Part shown: piece by piece, positions 62,663-64,000 of the stretch | Layout of the letters: every line of letters begins with the position of its first letter | Position numbering within the stretch: the first letter of the stretch is position 1 | IMG/VR virus record: IMGVR_UViG_3300049001_000044 | Span: 124,001 to 188,000 of that record | Reading direction: 5' to 3' (one strand) | DNA: 64,000 nucleotides | Position numbers and translations under genes: made by a program | The notes under the pieces: generated by a model | The model's input: only the letters and a program-made list of their open reading frames with translations | What the model was told of the DNA's origin: nothing | The model's database searches: none

Positions 62663-63442
62663 TTACACGATGATCAGAGACGTTCCGCATTCACTGCAGA
62701 ATTTAGCCGTCGCTTTGTTCATGTGATGACAGGTCGTGCATTTTGGTTTTGCTTTGACTGTGATCGGCTGCTCAACCTTGCCATTCTCTGTCTCGCCAAG
62801 CAGTTTCAGTACCATGACTTCCTTAACACCATCTCCAGTAAAGCTGGTAGTGTGGAACTTCTGATCACTGACAGATCCTTTTACGGTGATGCCAACATCA
62901 TTCTGTGGCATAGGAGCAGAATAGGAAGTAGCAGATGCCGAAGCAGAGCAGGAGAGAGTGGAGTTGCCTCTGGCAATTAGATCACTGCCACCGTAGGAGG
63001 TGTTGGAAAGCCAGGTGGTGGAGACAGCATCAGCAGATTTGCTAATAGCACCCCTAAACATTGCGCTGTCCCAGTTGATCTGCGGAAGCATCTGCTCGTA
63101 TTCGAACTCGATTCGAACCAGGCCGTCTTCTACGAAGATACCCCTTGCTCGTTCGACGTTGTTGGTGCGTTCGATGAACTTGAACTTGTTACCGCTTTCG
63201 AGATTACCGTTGTCGATGAAGCGTTCCAAGTCAATGCTTTGGTTCGCACGAACAACCAGGCCGTCGCCAGTCACTCGTACACCATCAATGTCGATGTGCA
63301 CAATAGCTCTGCGAGAGTTTAGGTTCTTGAGGGAGATTTGGTATTCAGAATTGAATGGGACGTAGACTTTGTCACCATCGAACTCGCGGAGGACGCGATT
63401 GTTTACCTTGATGGCTGCGGCCATTTTGTTGGAGTACATCAA
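62663..63442 (-). CDS. Hypothetical beta-rich protein with C-terminal zinc ribbon
   Basis: CTTC...FCSECG at the C-terminus. Confidence 0.78.
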   Translation of the reverse strand: MMYSNKMAAAIKVNNRVLREFDGDKVYVPFNSEYQISLKNLNSRRAIVHIDIDGVRVTGDGLVVRANQSIDLERFIDNGNLESGNKFKFIERTNNVERARGIFVEDGLVRIEFEYEQMLPQINWDSAMFRGAISKSADAVSTTWLSNTSYGGSDLIARGNSTLSCSASASATSYSAPMPQNDVGITVKGSVSDQKFHTTSFTGDGVKEVMVLKLLGETENGKVEQPITVKAKPKCTTCHHMNKATAKFCSECGTSLIIV

Positions 63443-63499
63443 TTTATTTCCTTCTGACGATTCTTAAACCGCTCACAGACTAGGGAGCGCAAAATTAAA

Positions 63500-63541
63500 G
63501 TCTGTTGACGTCGATACGGATATTTATCTTCGTCAACAGAC
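63500..63541 (-). promoter_or_regulatory. Late promoter motif GATAAATA inside an 11-bp inverted repeat
   Basis: GTCTGTTGACG / CGTCAACAGAC flank 63521-63528. Confidence 0.6.
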
Positions 63542-63546
63542 CTGTG

Positions 63547-63768
63547 TCAGGCGATAGGAGTGAGGGTGCCGAAGTCGTCGATGATCGCCTTTGGATAACT
63601 GATGAACTTCTCGTTCTCAGATGCCCAGTAGCGACCATTGAAGGTGACCTTGCCGTCACGTTCGTGCGTATTATGGAGGGTAGTAGCGAAGCATCGCCAG
63701 AAGGAACCCACTTTCATAACCCACGCGTACGATGATTCACCACTTACGATGATCATGTCGCTGATCAT
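63547..63768 (-). CDS. Hypothetical protein (73 aa)
   Basis: Start moved to MISDMII (ATGA overlap with upstream gene). Confidence 0.55.
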   Translation of the reverse strand: MISDMIIVSGESSYAWVMKVGSFWRCFATTLHNTHERDGKVTFNGRYWASENEKFISYPKAIIDDFGTLTPIA

Positions 63769-64000
63769 ACTGCGAAAGCGATCAGTGCTGCGTAGATGAT
63801 CTTGCAGGCGAAGTGGATAGCTTGATCCGTGTTCAACGTGATTTTGTTCTCGCACTTCAGGAAGTCAGTGAAGCCATGAGCGATGAGTTCGACCGCTGCG
63901 AAAATCAACCCGATGTTTTGGCTACCAGTTGCGAGAGCGGTGACAATGCCGACGAAGCCTGCATGGATAAAGGAGTGGGCGAAGAGTGCGTGCTTCCAAA
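63765..64000 (-). CDS. DUF3307-like membrane protein, 5' part outside the window
   Basis: LFAHSFIHAG...ELIAHGFTDFLK...DQAIH; not in track. Confidence 0.72.
   Translation of the reverse strand, partial: WKHALFAHSFIHAGFVGIVTALATGSQNIGLIFAAVELIAHGFTDFLKCENKITLNTDQAIHFACKIIYAALIAFAV

Overview
The window is a gene-dense segment of a large T4-like (jumbo) myovirus genome, with almost all genes on the minus strand. The phage and host cannot be named from sequence alone. 1-28.7 kb holds replication, recombination and nucleotide genes (clamp loader, GroES, a truncated DnaE-like protein, dCMP deaminase, Thg1, Acb1-like phosphoesterase, class Ia nrdAB plus glutaredoxin, GH108 lysin, MazG-like enzyme, uvsW/Y/X, gp32-like SSB, coaD-coaE, HD and P-loop enzymes). 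28.7-35.2 kb is an accessory block. 35.2-61.8 kb is a late packaging, neck and tail module (TerL, TerS-like, gp4, tail tube, sheath, gp15, gp14, gp13). Four things stand out. (1) Fourteen late genes share an N-terminal M(R/K)FKx(Y/F)(L/I)xE-type leader resembling the T4 capsid-targeting sequence. Ten carry a domain with the R...S/T...E pattern of ADP-ribosyltransferases (six in tandem, one fused to a GNAT); an amidoligase and a P-loop kinase also have the leader. This suggests a head-packaged, injected set of modifying enzymes. (2) A T6SS-style PAAR / lipase-like hydrolase / membrane-protein operon is bracketed by identical 22-bp direct repeats. (3) Those repeats belong to a dispersed intergenic element (GAGGTGCTCAGA...TCTGAGCACCTC) found at four transcription-unit junctions. 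(4) Two phage promoter classes recur: AGTTT-N20-TAnAAT and (N)ATAAATA. All family assignments are by motif recognition; no database search was run. Several starts were moved from the ORF track to the ATG with an RBS or stop overlap, and short ORFs missing from the track were added.
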